This document shows, piece by piece, positions 61,820-64,000 of a stretch of DNA of 64,000 bases. The position numbers were made by a program, and so were the translations under genes. Numbering within the stretch: position 1 is the stretch's first letter; every line of letters starts with the position of its first letter. The notes under the pieces were generated by a model. It was not told the DNA's origin. It made no database searches and saw only the letters and a list, made by a program, of their open reading frames with translations. Origin of the DNA: Octopus sinensis (lineage: Eukaryota); NCBI RefSeq assembly GCF_006345805.1, contig NC_043008.1:26722001-26786000 (forward strand), written 5' to 3'.

Positions 61820-63429
61820 CACTTTTGCCAACCTAATATCTGTTTACTGTGCACATGAATGAATGTAGTTTTGGTACTAGTGGTGGTGGTTCTTTTTTCT
61901 ATGTAATGTTATAAGTGGATAACAAACTGATGAGTATGTGAATTTTCCTGAGAATTCTATTTAAAATGAAAATACTGAACAATACAGAACTTTAACCTGA
62001 CTTCAGTGTAACCAAAATCCTTTCACAAATGACAAATTTTAATTCAGCTATTAAATCCACCACTAGGTAGCATGCTAATCTAGTGATTTTAACTTTCCGA
62101 TGAAAAATTGCTTTCTATTCTCCATAGCTAAGTGAAACAAGAAGTAACTAAGAAGCCTTGCTCTTAGAAATAGCGCATGTGTAGTCAACTTGAATTCATT
62201 ACTTATTAGCCAGATGTACCATGGCTAATATTTTTGGATATTTGCATCCAAAACTGGAATTTAAAGTATTGTATAGATGCTAATTTCCATGACTATGTTT
62301 CTTTAATACAGTCTCCTGTATTGTCATATTAACGTCAATCACTTTAGAAGCCAATCGTTTAAATGATATTCTTTAGCATTTTTATTCTTCCAACTTCCTT
62401 CAATATCTATTTAAAGACAATGCTATTTTCCTTTTACAACCTGAGTAATATCTATATAATTGGCTTTTCTCTATATGTGTTTGTCATTTTCTTGACAAGT
62501 TAATATGCTGTACTTCCCATTGCAATTATCTACAGGATCAAATAAACTATATTAACATCTTCTCAAATACTGTTATTCAGCTCATCATCTTACAGCAGTT
62601 ACCACACATTTTCCTACATACAGTTTGATCCAACTAAATTGTTTCTAAATGGTCCTAAACTCTCAATTTGTTATTTTACTGACATTCAATTTTCTTTAGC
62701 TTCTCTGTTTGATATGTACAGTTGATTGGAAAATAAATACTTCTCCAATAACAATGACCGCTTTTGCTTTTATTGATCAAAACATTAGTAATATATATTA
62801 TAACTGATTCCTGCACTTCCTTTGTTTTCTGTTCTACATTTACATTCCTTTGTGCACATAGAAACCTTAGGACAATTGAGAAACTGTATGTAATACAGTA
62901 GCCACTTTATTGCTGTTGAAAAACATATCTTGCCAACAATGCTTCTGATGGTTGACTCTACCAGTTGTATGATGTTGACATTATACATTTAAAATAAACA
63001 AAACTAACTTTTAAATATCTTCATGTATGGCAGAGAGACAGAGATAAGGCAGTGAGATAGAAAGAATAGCATGCCACTCTTAGTACTGAATACTTACAGA
63101 CATGTACTTGATTTCACAAGAGTTATTTGCTTTCCCGATAAAGCAATTAGAAATTTTGTTGAATTCACGTAAGCATTAGTAAAACTTTGACATCTGATTA
63201 AATCCATCTTTGTCCTCTTATTGAATTATATACCACATGACAATTCAGTGAAAGTTCTTTAGTTTTGTTATTCAAGGGTTAATTCATTGTAGATCCACTT
63301 ACCTTGCAACTTGTCACTACATTTCAAAATAATCTCTTATGCATACAGCAAAACTCGAAAATATTGTTTCAAGGGATGATCAATATAAAGATGTAAATCC
63401 TTATTTCCTCTATGTGAAGTCTAAGTATT

Positions 63430-63795
63430 TTTTTATCTGTTTCATTCATAAGACTGCGACCATGCTGTGGCACCACGATGAAGAACATTTACTCAAATGA
63501 ATTGACCCCAGTACTTTTTTTTTAAGTCTGATACTTGTTCCATCAGTTTCTTTTTACTGCACCACTGAGACACAGTGATATAAACAAAGCAACACAAGTT
63601 GTCAAGCAGAAGTGGGAGACAAGAACACACACACACATGACAGACTCCTTTCAGTTTCTGCGTACCAAATCCACTCATAAGGCTTTAGTTGGCCTGAGAC
63701 TATAGTAGAAGACACTTGCCCAAGATGCCACACAGTGGGACTGAACCTGGAACAATGTAATTGGGAAACAAGCTTCTTACCACAGAGCCATGCCT
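63430..63795 (-). mobile_element. tRNA-derived SINE, family A
   Basis: Full head, core, (CA)n tract and tail on the minus strand. Confidence 0.85.
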
Positions 63796-64000
63796 GTCCA
63801 ACCTTCCAATTTTTACACCATTAATTTAATGAAGTTATTATCTAAATCCAGATTTCTCTCTTGTATTTCTCCCTTACTGTAAGCTAACTTCATTTAAGTT
63901 GTAGGTTAAACAGACTGTCTCTCAATAACTACAATTCATGTTAATGTTTAATTTTCATTTTTGATACCTTAGAACTAAGGCAAGCACATGTCTAATATTA

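Overview
AT-rich, microsatellite-dense eukaryotic DNA that looks intronic or intergenic. The SINE and RTE families resemble those of Octopus, so a coleoid cephalopod origin is inferred. No host protein-coding gene can be identified with confidence; only a few candidate minus-strand exons are visible. There is no rRNA, true tRNA gene or CRISPR array. The window is dominated by transposable elements: five 5'-truncated RTE-clade LINE copies of one family whose reverse transcriptase carries a PHD-like C4HC3 finger insert, plus many solo 3' ends; two 3' ends of a second RTE-type family ending in C2H2 fingers; about 12 copies of one tRNA-derived SINE and three other tRNA-type SINE copies; four mariner/maT remnants and a Tc1/IS630-like remnant; an internally deleted Gypsy element with both LTRs; an RLE-type non-LTR remnant; and a 2.6 kb minisatellite. 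The most notable signal is a decayed Penelope-like (RT + GIY-YIG) ORF together with about ten inverted-repeat cassettes, mostly next to (TA)n tracts. Several cassettes carry minimal type I hammerhead ribozyme motifs, and three of these motifs look intact (13277-13319 minus, 45507-45588 minus, 45978-46059 plus). All alignments were read by eye, so element boundaries are approximate.
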